Assembly: GCA_030704615.1 (NCBI GenBank)
Contig: CM060731.1
Span: forward strand, 18,166,001-18,230,000
Reading direction: 5' to 3'
Origin: Takakia lepidozioides
Taxonomy: Eukaryota > Plantae > Bryophyta
Length of the DNA stretch: 64,000 nt
Shown: positions 12,126 through 25,100 of the stretch, in pieces
Position numbering within the stretch: position 1 is the stretch's first letter
How the letters are laid out: every line of letters starts with the position of its first letter
The notes under the pieces: model-generated
The model's database searches: none
Seen by the model: only the letters and a program-made list of their open reading frames with translations
What the model was told of the DNA's origin: nothing
Position numbers and translations under genes: made by a program

Positions 12126-13750
12126 ATGTGGCACCTGCAGGTGTCAGAGGAGCGGAGACAGCATTATAGGAAAAACCACACTGAACAGAGCTATGCAACC
12201 CCCTTGGACCCCTCCATAGACACTGGCGCAAAAGAGGAAGAGGTGGGCGATGTAGCTACTGCTTGTGCCCGGCTTTGGAATCTCGATCTGAATCGCTTGA
12301 CACCAGGCAAGGACTACGAAATTGATGTCGCTGGAGAGGGAAGCGGTCCTGCTTCGAAGTCCTACAGTAAGGAGGATATGTTAGCGAACCATGGCGCAAC
12401 TCTCTTCAGTCACCTGAGCAGCGACGTTTTCACAAAACCAACGTATGCTCGCTTCTACTCTCTTCTTGACAACTATCACGCCAGCGAGCTGGTGACTGAG
12501 AAGTTCACTCCAGAGCAGGAACAAGAACAAGTTGCATTTGTGGAGGAGATCAGCCGGACCGGACCCTTTAAATACTTGCAGAGTTATCTAACAGCCAAGC
12601 AGCTTGCCCCTGCGGACGACGCGGCCTTCAAGGAACAGATCAGATCACTCTGGTTCAAGTTGTACGACCGTGATAACACGTTTGATTCCTCATCAGCTTT
12701 TGAGCATGTGTTTGTTGGCGAGATCAAGGAGAAGAAGAATTACGAGTCAGTGTCTGGGTTCCATAACTGGATTCAGGTTGAGCTTTTCACCAGCTGAAAT
12801 TACTTCATTCATTGCCCATTGCTCTGATTAGCAGTAATAAGAGTGTCCCTCCCCCTCAATTGCACATTACAAATGCATAGTGCGGCCTCTCTGCGCCTCC
12901 ATGACTGTCGACCTGTGCTTGCCAGCTTCTCAAAACAAGGCTGAATGCTTTCTTCTGGCTCGCTCCACCTTTCGCATGATCTGCCTCTTTTCAGCGCACC
13001 TTTGCAATAAGTCTAACTATCCTCAACAATCATTCACGATAGAAAATGGTTTTGTTCCATGTGGGCGCTGATGTGGGCTGCTTCGATTTGCAGTTTTATC
13101 TGGAGGAGTCGAGAGGGAACATTGAGTATGAGGGCTATCTACTACCAAATCGTAACGAGCCTGCTGTAAGCACTAGATTTTGAGCTCTTTCCACGCAGCA
13201 ACATTTAAACATGTGAATCAAAGATAAAAGTCTGTACAACTGACTGTACAACTGTCCTCAAGAGGAGAAACAAAATGTCGTAGAGCTAGATATATTGACA
13301 AAAAGAAATCAAACTAGAATAGTGTCACCTACTGCCTGAAGGTCAGACAACAGGAAAGATGACGGGTCAGAAAGTGCTGGGAGGCGAGATGAAGGTTATC
13401 CATGTGTCGCCTCTCCAGATGCATCAGATATCATTGCGCAATTTTTCTTGAGAGAAAGAAAAGTGGGATTTGTATAATCTGTTTGTTGATCTAAGATGTG
13501 AACCGTGGATGTGCAGCCAGATTCGCAGACACAGCTCCTCACAATCCGCTTCAAATGGAAAGGGGAGCTCAAACCTGAGAGCAGCACTTTCATTGGTGTG
13601 AGCCCTGAGTTTGAGCTCGCCCTTTATACTCTCTGCTTCTATGCTGGCCACCAAGACACTTCTGCTGAGGTAGGTCCTTACAAGGTCGATGTCAAGGTCT
13701 ATTCCCTCGGCAAGAATAACATTGGCTCGGCTTTTCCCATCGCCAAATAA
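12126..13750 (+). CDS. Poly(U)-specific endoribonuclease, EndoU/XendoU family; exons ~12126-12776, 13094-13165, 13517-13750; true start uncertain
   Basis: LWNLDLNRL, YSLLDNY, SSAFEHVFVGE, GFHNWIQFYLEE and KPESSTFIGVSPEFELALYTLCF motifs, with the His/His/Lys catalytic residues present. GT-AG junctions are in phase. Confidence 0.92.
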
Positions 13751-15596
13751 CTTCGAGAAGTTCCACCTGTGCAAGGCCTCTTGCTGGAGTTGTTAGTGGT
13801 CCAGAAGAAGGTGCAAATTTGTAGATCGCCAGGAGAAAGGTGGAGGAGGACATTTGTCAATGTTCACAATATGCACAGAGCGTTTTGGAGATCAGTATGG
13901 AAGAGGACATGCAGCAATGCAGCAATTGTATTTACTGCTAACATTCTGCCATCCGTGGCAGTTGATTGTGAATTTTGACATGCTAATCTTCATCGATCAC
14001 TTGCAACTGTGTTAGAAACTATCAATCATACCACGCTTTCTAACTTCTCTCGCAGCTACCAAATCTTTTGTTGATCATCCGAGGCATGCTCAAAGATCCA
14101 GTTGGGAGTTAACATAGTGAGACAGTACCTTCAATTCCCTTCGATCCCTGCGCTATGGCCTGTTCCATCTACAGGCCATGTCCTCCCTGCAACGTGAATG
14201 AATCCATCATTACAAGCAACCTGCGGTCAGGCATGTATCTGCTTATTAGCACGGTTTGCCATAAGTTTCTAGGTCGACATTACATGTGGACATGCGTCAC
14301 TGTTATAAACACACACACCCACACGTCACATGGATGTCCCGGCCCCCAAGTTACGTCTGTAAGTTTCGTTTCAAATTTTGTTTCCTTCACAACATTTTCT
14401 CGATTACCTGTGCAAGTATTCTGCTTGGCACGCCATGGCTTTGGAAACAAGCTGGGGAGGGGATTGACGCGCTCTTGGAATTTATCCTTGTCATGCAAAT
14501 AGGCAGCGTGGAAGGAAAAAACGGCCACAACAATCAAACCTATCCAGCAAGAATACGGAATATGGAAGGCCATTGTGAAGAAACTGTGTCCGTGTTTTGT
14601 CTGCTTCCATAGCCTACCTACAACCACCCGCATTCAAATTTCCATGGCGCTGTGTCTCAAAAGCCACCTGACCACCTTCCTCTTCCTCCCTTAATCGCAT
14701 TCGCAACTACAGCAGCAAACTGATCAGCTTAAGTTTGTTCCGGAATCCTGCCTAGATCCCATATTCAATACCCCACAGATCGTCTTTGATCTCCAATGCC
14801 CCACAGATCGTCTTGGATCCTACGAGAAGCCTCAAGCCTCATACCTCCGACCAAGCCACTCACCTTAAGCTGGAATCTCTTCACCCTTTGCCTTTGTCCG
14901 CATACACCCAGAAAAAAATCCACCACTAACCAAACCAACCAAACCGGTGATGTAAATAGGTCCAAACATATCAGAATCCATCCTTCTGAATTTCTTTTGT
15001 GCTATGAAGTCTGATCTGCTTCCTCTCCCTCTCCCCCGCTCCCATCTACCTCTTCCTCTTTTCTTTGCTTTGCGTTGACACCACTTTGCATTCTAGCCCA
15101 CAAAGTCTCAGATTACCCAAACTACTTTAGATGTTCGCAAATCACTCATAGTCTGCTCCAAGGCACCATTCATTTTCTCTAGAGAACCGGCCACCTTCAA
15201 GAATCCTACTAAGACAAAACTACCTAGTATCAACGATGCACCAAAGTTGATAGCTGGATAGCATGACGGACATTCAGAGAGCCGAGTAATGCAGAACGTA
15301 GAATTCTAGGTGCAACACTTGCACAACAGGGGCAAAGGGATTTGGGAAAGGCGGGGAAAGAAAGAGAGCTCTATATCATGGAATGTACCTGTCCCAAGGC
15401 ACAGTCCGTGACGTCAATCGGGCTATTCAGACAGAAACTCGACGATTCTCCCTATAGTTAGGGCGTGCATTGTGCATTGCAATTTCATGTACGTTGGGGG
15501 ATTGGTGGAGGGCCATCGACAATGTTGCAATGTATTCCAATGTCTGGATAATTCTTATCTCTTCTGTGCTTGTATTGACAATGTGGGGGGGGGGGG

Positions 15597-15745
15597 GTGT
15601 TTGAGCTGAATGACACTGGGTTCCTCAATGTTAAAGCAGAGGACAAGGGCAGAGGCAAATTTCACGAAGCAATCATCATGAATAACGAGGGGCGGCTAAG
15701 ACATTGGGATTCCATTGTGGCAATGGTAAAAGAGTCCGAAGATAC
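15597..15745 (+). pseudogene. Isolated BiP/HSP70 substrate-binding-domain fragment
   Basis: FELNDTGFLNVKAEDKGRGK...NNEGRL...IVAMVKESE resembles BiP FEVDANGILNVKAEDK...NEKGRLSQEEIDRMVKEAE. No other HSP70 exons nearby. Confidence 0.7.
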
Positions 15746-16274
15746 CTTTATGGATGGCCTGAAAATCCCTCTATTGCCAACTGTTGCCCAAGCTGGCATG
15801 CTCTGGGAGGAGCAGATATTAACAAAGAGAAAAATCTCAAAGTGCTTTATGAATTGCGAGTGCTTCATGCAAAGATATTCGATGTTCATTGGACATAAGC
15901 CTACACATTGTCATAGTAGCAGTGGAAAAATCTCATACCTACATCAAAAGAACAGGAGGAAGAAAGAGGAGTCGAAAATCCACTCCCATTGTGACAGCTA
16001 GCTCTGGTGTTGCAATATATGAGGAAAAAATACATGCGCTGACTTTGCTAGAGCAATCACTGTAAGCCACTCTAAATAAAATAGAGTGTGGCTAAGGCAG
16101 TAGAAAGATCCACCTCAGCTCCAAATAATTACACTTTGACAACCTGACATTTTACTTTTCCTGACCTAGTCAAGTATTCCATTGTCCGATGTCATGGTGA
16201 ATCTCTAACTACCTTAGCCTTGTTTCCTCAAAAGAGAAGTAGTTGAGAAATCTACAATTCAAACTCAGATCAAG

Positions 16275-19200
16275 TCAAGTCAAATATGGACTGTCGAGAA
16301 CAGCAAAGCCAGCTGCTACTCCACCTTCATTGGACTGTGCAACTTTTGTTCTCAACAAATGACCTGCTTGCTTGTTCAGTACTTCCTTCTCACCATTTCT
16401 GCACAACAGTCAGATTGTCAAGAGAGCCACATACAACATGGGCCTCACCCATGATTGGCGATGAAGCTTTTTTGGAAAAACTTTCAACTACTTCCGACCG
16501 GTATATCATGAAAAATACAGGCCTTTGCATGCAACAATGAGAGTGGTATCAAAAACCTGCAATATATCAAACCTCAATCCCTGGTTTCTGCCACCCGGTC
16601 AGATCTAGCCTCACCTGTATTCAAACTTCCAGAACCAGATATCGAGTGGTGCAAACCTTAGGTACGTGCTAAAGATGCCAAGTTCAGATACAGTCTCCTC
16701 CAAACTCCAGATGCCATCACGCACAAGATATGAGGACTGCGAAGGTGGAAAGATGCGCTGCATCAAGATGTAGGCTGCCAGACCTGCACCACCATTTTCC
16801 TGTTGTAACCGCTTGAGTGTCGTGCTAACATCAGCCCCATATATGTTGTTCCCTGTCCCACAAGGCCAACATTCACCTCAACAAACGTCTGGCACTGCCA
16901 TTGCCTCATTTGCAGAACATGCCTCCTTGATAGATATATGCCGTAAAATCATTTAGTACTGATAATATACCAGCATATGGAGTAGCTTTCAAAGGTGACT
17001 CTCTACTGTGTTACATGGAGCAGGCTGCTAAACTCCTCTGGTTGCTGAAGATTTTTGGGCCCATCAACTCCAACCCTTTACATTGATGCTCAGAAATACT
17101 GGGTGCATAAGTTTAATCCATGATCACAGATGATTCCTGGTTGCCTCCATTGTTCAGTGTTCGACACAAATGACTCCAACCACCCTTAAGCTCTACAGCT
17201 CACATCATGGGAGGATGAAGGACGCATGAGCACTAGACGTAGGAAAGCAAGGGGAATACAGCACCTCCTCCTTCGCGCTGGGGTTTGAGCACAAAACCAT
17301 CTGGTTTTTGAATGGCCCTTTCAATGATCTCAGCACTATTTTCGTCCTCCAGGCCCCACAACCCTGCAAAACACTCCCTAATTTTTCCAACCGCTTTCTT
17401 GTCTTGCACAAACCTGTCATCCCATCACACAATTCAGCTGATTACCAAGAAGGGCTCACCACATACATCGTCTGTTAGTTCTTTACTTGCTGGGTCAATG
17501 CCCCCATATAATTATACTAACCAGTGAAGGGCTATATCAACTGAGCATATTAGCACCTTTAGAGCTAGTTTGAGCTTGATACTAGCCCTTTTGAGGAAGA
17601 GGCAATACTTTTCCACAACTCCTGGCTTTGCCAACTCTTGCTGAATCTTCTTGGCACCTGCTAGATGATATGATATACTCGGGCACTTGACTGCAGCCGA
17701 CCGCTCCAGCAATAGCCTGGCCCTCCACTCCTGCCATTTAATTCAATCTGTGCCTTGTCATAATTGGGAATAACATACATAGTAATAGTACATCATCTCT
17801 TCACTCTTTGCAACGACCTTTTGCTTTACATCCATTAGAAGATGCCATTTTCGCTACTCTGCTTTCATCCATCAATGCAGATCCACACATCAAGCTGTCA
17901 CTGGTGCTGCACCAGTGTTAAGGAACCTGACTACAATAATGTGGGTCATCACATCTTTCACTCTGACCTGACCCACGAAGAAGCCAGGGGACTTACAGTT
18001 TCGGAAGGGTAGTCAACTGGCACATATCCAGTCCTGTAATACACAACCGACACAGGCTGCTCCCCACTGCCAGCCAGTGTGAAAGTAAAAGTAAAATCTC
18101 CAAGCAAGAAACCACCCCCATTACTGATCAAGACGTCACGCATTCTTCAGTAACCATGTCCAAAACAAAACAGATCTACAGCAGACTAAATTTCATGATC
18201 TTCCACGATGGACAGGGGACATTTCTCAGCAATTAGAAAAACTAGCACAGAGCTGGAAAGAGGCAAAATACTGGTGAATCCAGGAGGTAATGCCTCACAT
18301 ATGAAGTGCCCCATTCGTCCCCAGTTTAGCCTCTGCATCGACTTGAGCAAGTGTCCTTCGGATTACTTTCACACCATATGTAACTTACAGTCAAGGCAAC
18401 CCAAGAAAAGGTGAACATGCATCCACAAAGTTTGAAAGCTTTCAGCCTTCATTTAGCATAGGCATTGACATTGCAGCTCATTTAAGACTTCCATGGAATC
18501 TAGCAAGAGGATATGAGTTGTAAAGCTTGTACGCCAGCCAGTATTGATCATACATATTGCGCTCCTCTGCGTGCACCAGCATTAAAATTGCTGCACTGGT
18601 CACCTTCTTTCTTATTAGCTGGTGCTTTGGTACACAGTTGTCGAGTTCGAGCATGACCAGCATGAACATTGTCATACTTCAATCATAGACTGGTGTATAG
18701 GAGATGACGATGAAAATCAGCTAAAGAAGACAAGAACAATAACAAAATGCGAAAATCAGAGACAAAATGGATGTGAAAGCGAAAGGTACAAATTTTTAGT
18801 ACTCTCTTCACTTTGGCCGAAAAGTGAGAAGGCCTAGAAAGAAAGGGAATGCCATCAATAACCTCAAATCCCACCCAAAGGGAGTACGGCAGGCTACATC
18901 TAAACAGCATCATATAACAGGATGCACTCTCTTCTCCAACCAGACATTGAGAGCTCTGTACAATGAATGCATGATAAGTTTTTGAGTACTAGACACAGTA
19001 AGAGTAGGCCATTAGGTGTAGGTGTGATGTGGTTCATTGTAGCTGGAAAACATCATTGTTTGTCTTTGGTTGTATGCATGTGAGATTTAGCCATGAACAA
19101 ACGTTATTGGAGGACTTGCAAGTCCTGAACCTCTGGCACCCTACAAGGTAAAGTTGAACAAAAGAGACTGTCAAAAATGACAGCAGTCCATATTGGGGAC

Positions 19201-19497
19201 ATATGCACCTGTTGTTGCCAAACTCCTTCCAAGCAAGGGCCAATGCCTCAGCAAATTCATCCCCTGCCCTTTTTTCTGGGATCCTTCCAACTTCCAAGCC
19301 ACAAAAGTCTCCACTGCGATTTATGAGATATCTGCCAACAAAACAACAAGGACATATCAAAGAACACAATACAAAAACCGTTACGGACTAGGAAATCCAG
19401 GAAAGTGTGTCAGGGAGGGAAGTGGATTAGGAATCAAAAGGAAATTTGTTTGTGTCCAATAAAGGAGGATAGAGGTATGAAGATTGATAAGAAGAGC

Positions 19498-19534
<37 letters not shown>

Positions 19535-20987
19535 CCTGTGTAGTGAGCTGACAAGTGGCCCCAGGCCTGCGAAGGAGGAGGAAATGGTGTTCACCTCGAC
19601 TTGGAGCAGCGCTCCAGTGGCCGTATCCAACATGTAGTCACTCCTATGCAGTCCAAGCTGTATGTCCTGCAATGACCAGACCGGCATATTACTCCCACAA
19701 ACCAGCAAGAATACAATCACCTCTCACTTATATGCTGCTGCTGAAATACAATTAAAGCAGACTAGCAGACTGCAAGGACTAGTCGGGAAGAGTTAGTCAT
19801 TTTGACCAACCTGCTTCACTCCCTCTTCCAGTATCTGCAAATGAATGTCAAGGAGTCTCGCTGTGAAATCGTCCGCTTTCCGCGTCCTGTCCAGAAGCTC
19901 ATAAACCATTCCTTAGCCACTCTCACATTTCCTGGCCACATTAACTACCTTCAACCAAACATTCAACCTGAAGTACACCACAGAGCGAGGAGTATCCACA
20001 CCATCGGGGTATTTCAGCTTCCCTGTTTCGTCAAGTTCTTCCTGAAGCATTGTCGAAAGAGAGATGCAGAGGGGACACCCTATACTAGAGAACAAACAGG
20101 TGAAGAGACCAACCTAGCCAGCGCCTGCTGCAAGAATTGTCCATCCTGACTCACCCGGTCGATCAGAAGGTTGAAGAGAGGAGCCAACTCAATGGCCTGT
20201 ATCACAGCATGTTGAGGAAAGGGGGAGGGTAACAGCGACAGTGGTGCGTGCACCATTCCCACGCCAGCACGCGTGCCTGATCTCTGCTAACAATGGACAT
20301 TTCCCAGTGAACCCATCAAGATCAGAATTGGAACTCATCGACCTACATTTTCTGCTCAAGGAAGTAGGCAGCTCGTTTTGTCATTGAATTTCCTCTACCT
20401 GATGCCCCGACGCTCTCATTCAACAACACACACCCCTAACCGACTGCTCGGTAAGAACAACATACCGGCACAGCCTTGTCTCCCACAACAAGCCCGTGCA
20501 GCGAAGCCCAAGCCAATGCCTCTGTGACAAGCTCGCCCACCAACTCTTCTGTTAACCCCTGTTTGGCCTCCCCTCCTCCTTCTTCCTCTCGAGATTCTGT
20601 TCTGCCCATTCTGTGAGGTGCTTCTGTGGCCTTTCCGGCAGCTCTACGGCCCCTGCTAAGAGTGTCTTTTCTCAACCAGCTTGTAGATATGGAGCTCAGT
20701 GCGGGATTCGGGGCTGACGGACTGATGGTATTACAAGTGAAAAGGCTCACCAAGGAGGGCCTGTAACGGAGGTGGCTACATGCAATCCAGCAACCAGGAA
20801 ACAATCGAGACTCAACGACCGGAGACCCAACTGCAGGATACAATTCACTAGCAAGGAAGCAACTTGGAGAAGAACAACAGCGGTGCTGGACATTGATTGA
20901 GGAGCCCCAACTGCACCCAGATGGAGAGCGATTCAAGGCAGGTCTGATGAACAACGGCCCATGCTGAATGGGTGATTGGTGAGACAT
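16275..20987 (-). CDS. GSH2: Glutathione synthetase (eukaryotic type), multi-exon
   Basis: [88 protein letters not shown], last exon 16398-16275 ...[17 protein letters not shown]. Confidence 0.96.
18380..18514 (-). other. U12-type AT-AC intron in GSH2
   Basis: Donor ATATCCTC, branch site CCTTGAC about 10 nt before an AC acceptor. Splicing restores the frame [13 protein letters not shown]. Confidence 0.9.
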
Positions 20988-22174
20988 GCAGCCCCCAAGA
21001 GTGAGTGCTGGCTTTGGATTCTAACTTCAGAGAAGATACTTCTCGGAAGCAGTGGAGGTGCTAATAACCTCTGTTAGCAAGGGCTTACTGTAACCGAGCC
21101 TGAAATATAGTATTCTTGGGCTTATACCTAGTGGTATCTTTTCTTTCTTCTTTTTGTTGGGGGAGGGGGGGGGTGGGGAGAGGGGAGGAAGTCTCGTAGA
21201 CTTCAGTGGAGTTATTAAAGGGAAAAGAATGAAAACCCTTCATGGCATGTACACACTGCCAGCATATTATTGAGGCTTTCTGCCTTGTAGGGTTATTCAT
21301 GGTTTCAGCATTCTCAGTTTTAGAATTTTTGCTGAAGTCGCTCATCAAAGAAGGTCACACTGCTATGACAAGGAGAAGACAGGCAGACGGCAAGTCGACA
21401 ACCATCATGAAAGAGATAGGTGATTAACAGTGATAGGGCAGTTTCGCATGAGTGGGGCTGCCTTGATGTGTTTCCAGTTAGTATCACTCTCGTCAAGCTC
21501 CAGTAATGCTGAAAAGAAAGTCCCTGCCATTGCAAGGGGATTTGTTGGGCTTCATTCCAGAGCTGAAGTGACAAAATCCAATGATCTGATGTAATCTCAA
21601 ACGCGTATACTTGTTTTGTCAAGAAAGCACCAGAGAAAGGCTTCCAGGTATCTCTTTTGAGTTCCAACCCCACTAAATAAAGATAGAGACCAAAGATATG
21701 ACTGCCAGAAAATTTCAAGGAAAAGAGAGGTAGTTTCAAAATCATCACCTTATATTGAAAAGGGCCTGTTGGACCTCAATATGTCACAAAATCCAGTCAT
21801 GTAAAGTGACCTTGATTTCCTCATTCATGAAAGCATAAGTTCTATTTGAGTGGACAATACAGTAAACATCAAAACCAATTCTTAAGAGTTAATTTACTAT
21901 ATCACAAGGGTTGTGGATTTCATGGCTATGCACAAGCCATCACCAGAAACCACTTCAACCCTACAATTCTTTTTGGTTTGGGAATATAAATAATCTAATC
22001 ATATCAGTCCGGTAATCTCGGACTGCTTCACCATAGGCAGCATTGACAAGAGGTCAATCACCTACAAACACAACTTGCAACCTCTGTCCTCCTGAACGAA
22101 GTGCCATACATAAAGTGGAATTGTGTACCGCGAAATTGCCCCATGTTACAAAGGATATCTATCTCTGGACAAGC

Positions 22175-25100
22175 CTACAGCCTTGATGTAGGCTTCCAAG
22201 GGCAGCCGCCCTCAAAAGCTTGGTGCAGCACATCCTCCATTCGCTTTGCCAGTAAAATCTGTACATCTCATCGTTATCCCCAATTCATCGTCAGAAGTAC
22301 AGCAAAGATCATTTCTTCCACAAAACCCAGCCTGTAGTAACTCTTCCTAACAGAGCTACACTGAAACACTACATTTGATATGAATACCAGGGACTACTTC
22401 TGTGGCTAAGCCCTAATATCACCACCCCAGAGTTAGAATTGGACCACTGCAATACTTTGCGAGAGCCTAGTATAACTCTGGACTCGCATTTGAGAGGTGA
22501 CCAAAGATATAATGAGAATCATCCATCCAAGAACTTTCAAAGATGAAAATACGAGGCAGCAGAAACACAACTATTGAATAGAGGAAAAACCATCACGTTG
22601 ATATGAAGGAAAAGAAGAAGAATGGTCTCTTAAGAGAGCACAAGACCAATCCACCACATATGAGATAGTTACCAGCTGATGTAACTCCCCTTGTCTTTAT
22701 CAGTTCCCTGGGAGTTTCTGTGAACTTTCGCGAAGGATGAGGGAAGACTCAGCCAAGACATAGTCTAATATTCAATCTCATGCAATACTCCCAAACTTAA
22801 GTACATCTCTTCCTCCTTCCCACCCCAGTGAGGAGATAAGAGTTACCTCCATGTTGGCAAGAATGTTGGCAGGAACCTCTTGTAGGTCTTTGATATTGCG
22901 CTCTGGCAGTATAACTCTCCGTATACCACATCGATGTGCTGCTAATATCTGTGCATGCATAACGATTAACTTAGAAGAGAAGAAGCACTCTTATGAAAGG
23001 GCCCTTCAACCATCCATCATACAAGTCTCCATGCTGCAAATAGTTAACTGCATGGCATTAGCTGAGCTTTCTAGATTCTAGACAAACAACCTCTTGCCCA
23101 TGAAAATGAGACCATCTCGAGAAGCTACCTAAGCAAATTAGTGATGAAGAAATGGCTAGGCCACCCTGCAAATGAGATTCAAGGTTGAAGGACACTTGGC
23201 AGAGTACCTTATCTTTGATTCCTCCTACAGGCAGCACCAGTCCTCTCAGAGTCATTTCACCAGTCATAGCTGTATCAGCTCTCACGGAGCGCTTGCCAAA
23301 GAGGGACACTAAAGCTGTGACCAACGTCACACCTGCAGATGGGCCATCCTTGGGTACTGCACCCGCTGGAAAGTGAATATGAATATCGCGATCTTTCAGT
23401 AAACTGCCAGCGTCTGCGACAGCCAGCTTCAGCTCTGCAGCTCTGGCCCTCACCTAAATCATGGAAAGAATATTGCTCGAGTCAAAAGATACTGACCTTC
23501 ATATGTTCAAAGATGAGGCCCATTTTGATACAACACCTGATAAATTTTGCTGGCACTAAGCACTGGGAATCCATGCAGCACTCCCATATATGCACTTAGG
23601 ACCCGCCTTTGTGCAAATCCTCATCACCATTTTCAACCTTACTGAACACATCCTCAACCAACCACCATAATGTTGCATGCACTTGGTGAATCTGTGTGTC
23701 TTTCTCTGTGTGAGTCTACTACAGCAAGGAGAGTAAAATCTGAAGTGAGTTAGCAAGAGTAAAACTTAGCCACTAACCCAGGTGAGAGCGATTTGGGCTG
23801 ATTCTTTGATGACATCACCCAGCTGTCCGGTCAAGTGTAAGTCTCCCTTTCCAAGCACTGCAGTGGCCTCCACAAATTGAACCTCACCACCGACTGCTGT
23901 CCATACCAGACCTACTGCAACACCAGGTGTTGCCACTCTCTCTGCTGCCTCCTTCCCATCAAATCTGGGGGGCTGCAGTAAAAAAACCCAACATCACATG
24001 CCACTGAGCTTGTTGTTACGCAGGAAATTGGCAATGACCCAGCATGACATGTAATTATCTACACAGCTCAAGAATCAATAATTAGTTCACGATCATTGGA
24101 GGAGTAAACCTGCTTACTTCTTTTTGAGTTGTTGCTCTCAACCTCAACTTCTGGAGATGAACCAACTCTAGCAAGCATTGCTTACAATGTTAATTTGAAC
24201 ACACAACAGCTAAGACATCTTTCTTCCATAGAGGATCACAATGGCATGGACTTATCGATCTCACATTTCTTACCTTGCCTTAGTGGTCTGCTCACGCAAA
24301 CATATACACTAATGACTAGCACGCAAAAAGGTGGAGTCATTTTGTCCTAAAAGAATGTACTCATACGACGTTGTTTGCTGTAGCCTTGTGGCCATTGACC
24401 CCGTGCTCAGTTTGAGCAGAACACCAAGGGACAGAACCTACCTCTGTCAGGGGCTGACGTTGGTAGTAAGACTTACCTTGGTATAAAACATTGATCCGGG
24501 TTTTCCAGATACCCTCTAGAAATCCCTTCACACAAGCATCAATCTGCTGTGTGTGGTTTGCCCAGTAACTAGGCCCCAGAAGGGCCTGGGCTTTTGGCTC
24601 AGCCTCGAGACTTTCAAAGTTGGTAAACAGAGGAACAGGCACAATTCCCTTGATGGATTTGAGGAGAGCGTCTCTCTGGTGAGAGAACCCCGGACAATGA
24701 ATCAGGAAATGAATATTGTCTTCGGGTTGCCCACACAACGGGCAATTGCACTCTCCCTTTCCTCTCTGCTTCTGTTTGCTGTTCAAAGGTAGGCTTCCTG
24801 CCCTGAGTTTAAATTTCAGTCTAGTGCCGAGAGTGGGTAGACCCTTGAGGTCATCCATGATGTCCTCCCCCATGTCACAGACTGGAAACAAGTTTAGGGA
24901 AGTTTTCTGCCTAACTTCATTTTCATCAGACAATTTCATGGCAACAGACATGGCTTTGGACACTACAGCCTCTAAGTCAGCTTTATCCAGCAGGGTCAAA
25001 ACTTGCGGGTCCAGATTCAGATCCTTGAGAATCTCTTCTACTCTCTTCTGCCAGGACTTAGCCTGTTTGACAGGGCGGTCCTGTTTCCAAGATATAGAGT

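Noticed and set aside
16440-16500. [10 protein letters not shown] resembling IMP2
   Set aside because: A short match lying antisense inside the last GSH2 intron, with no other support.
21320-21748. 142-aa ORF, possible LINE RT relic (TSDHWIL)
   Set aside because: Only one weak motif, so the call cannot be supported.
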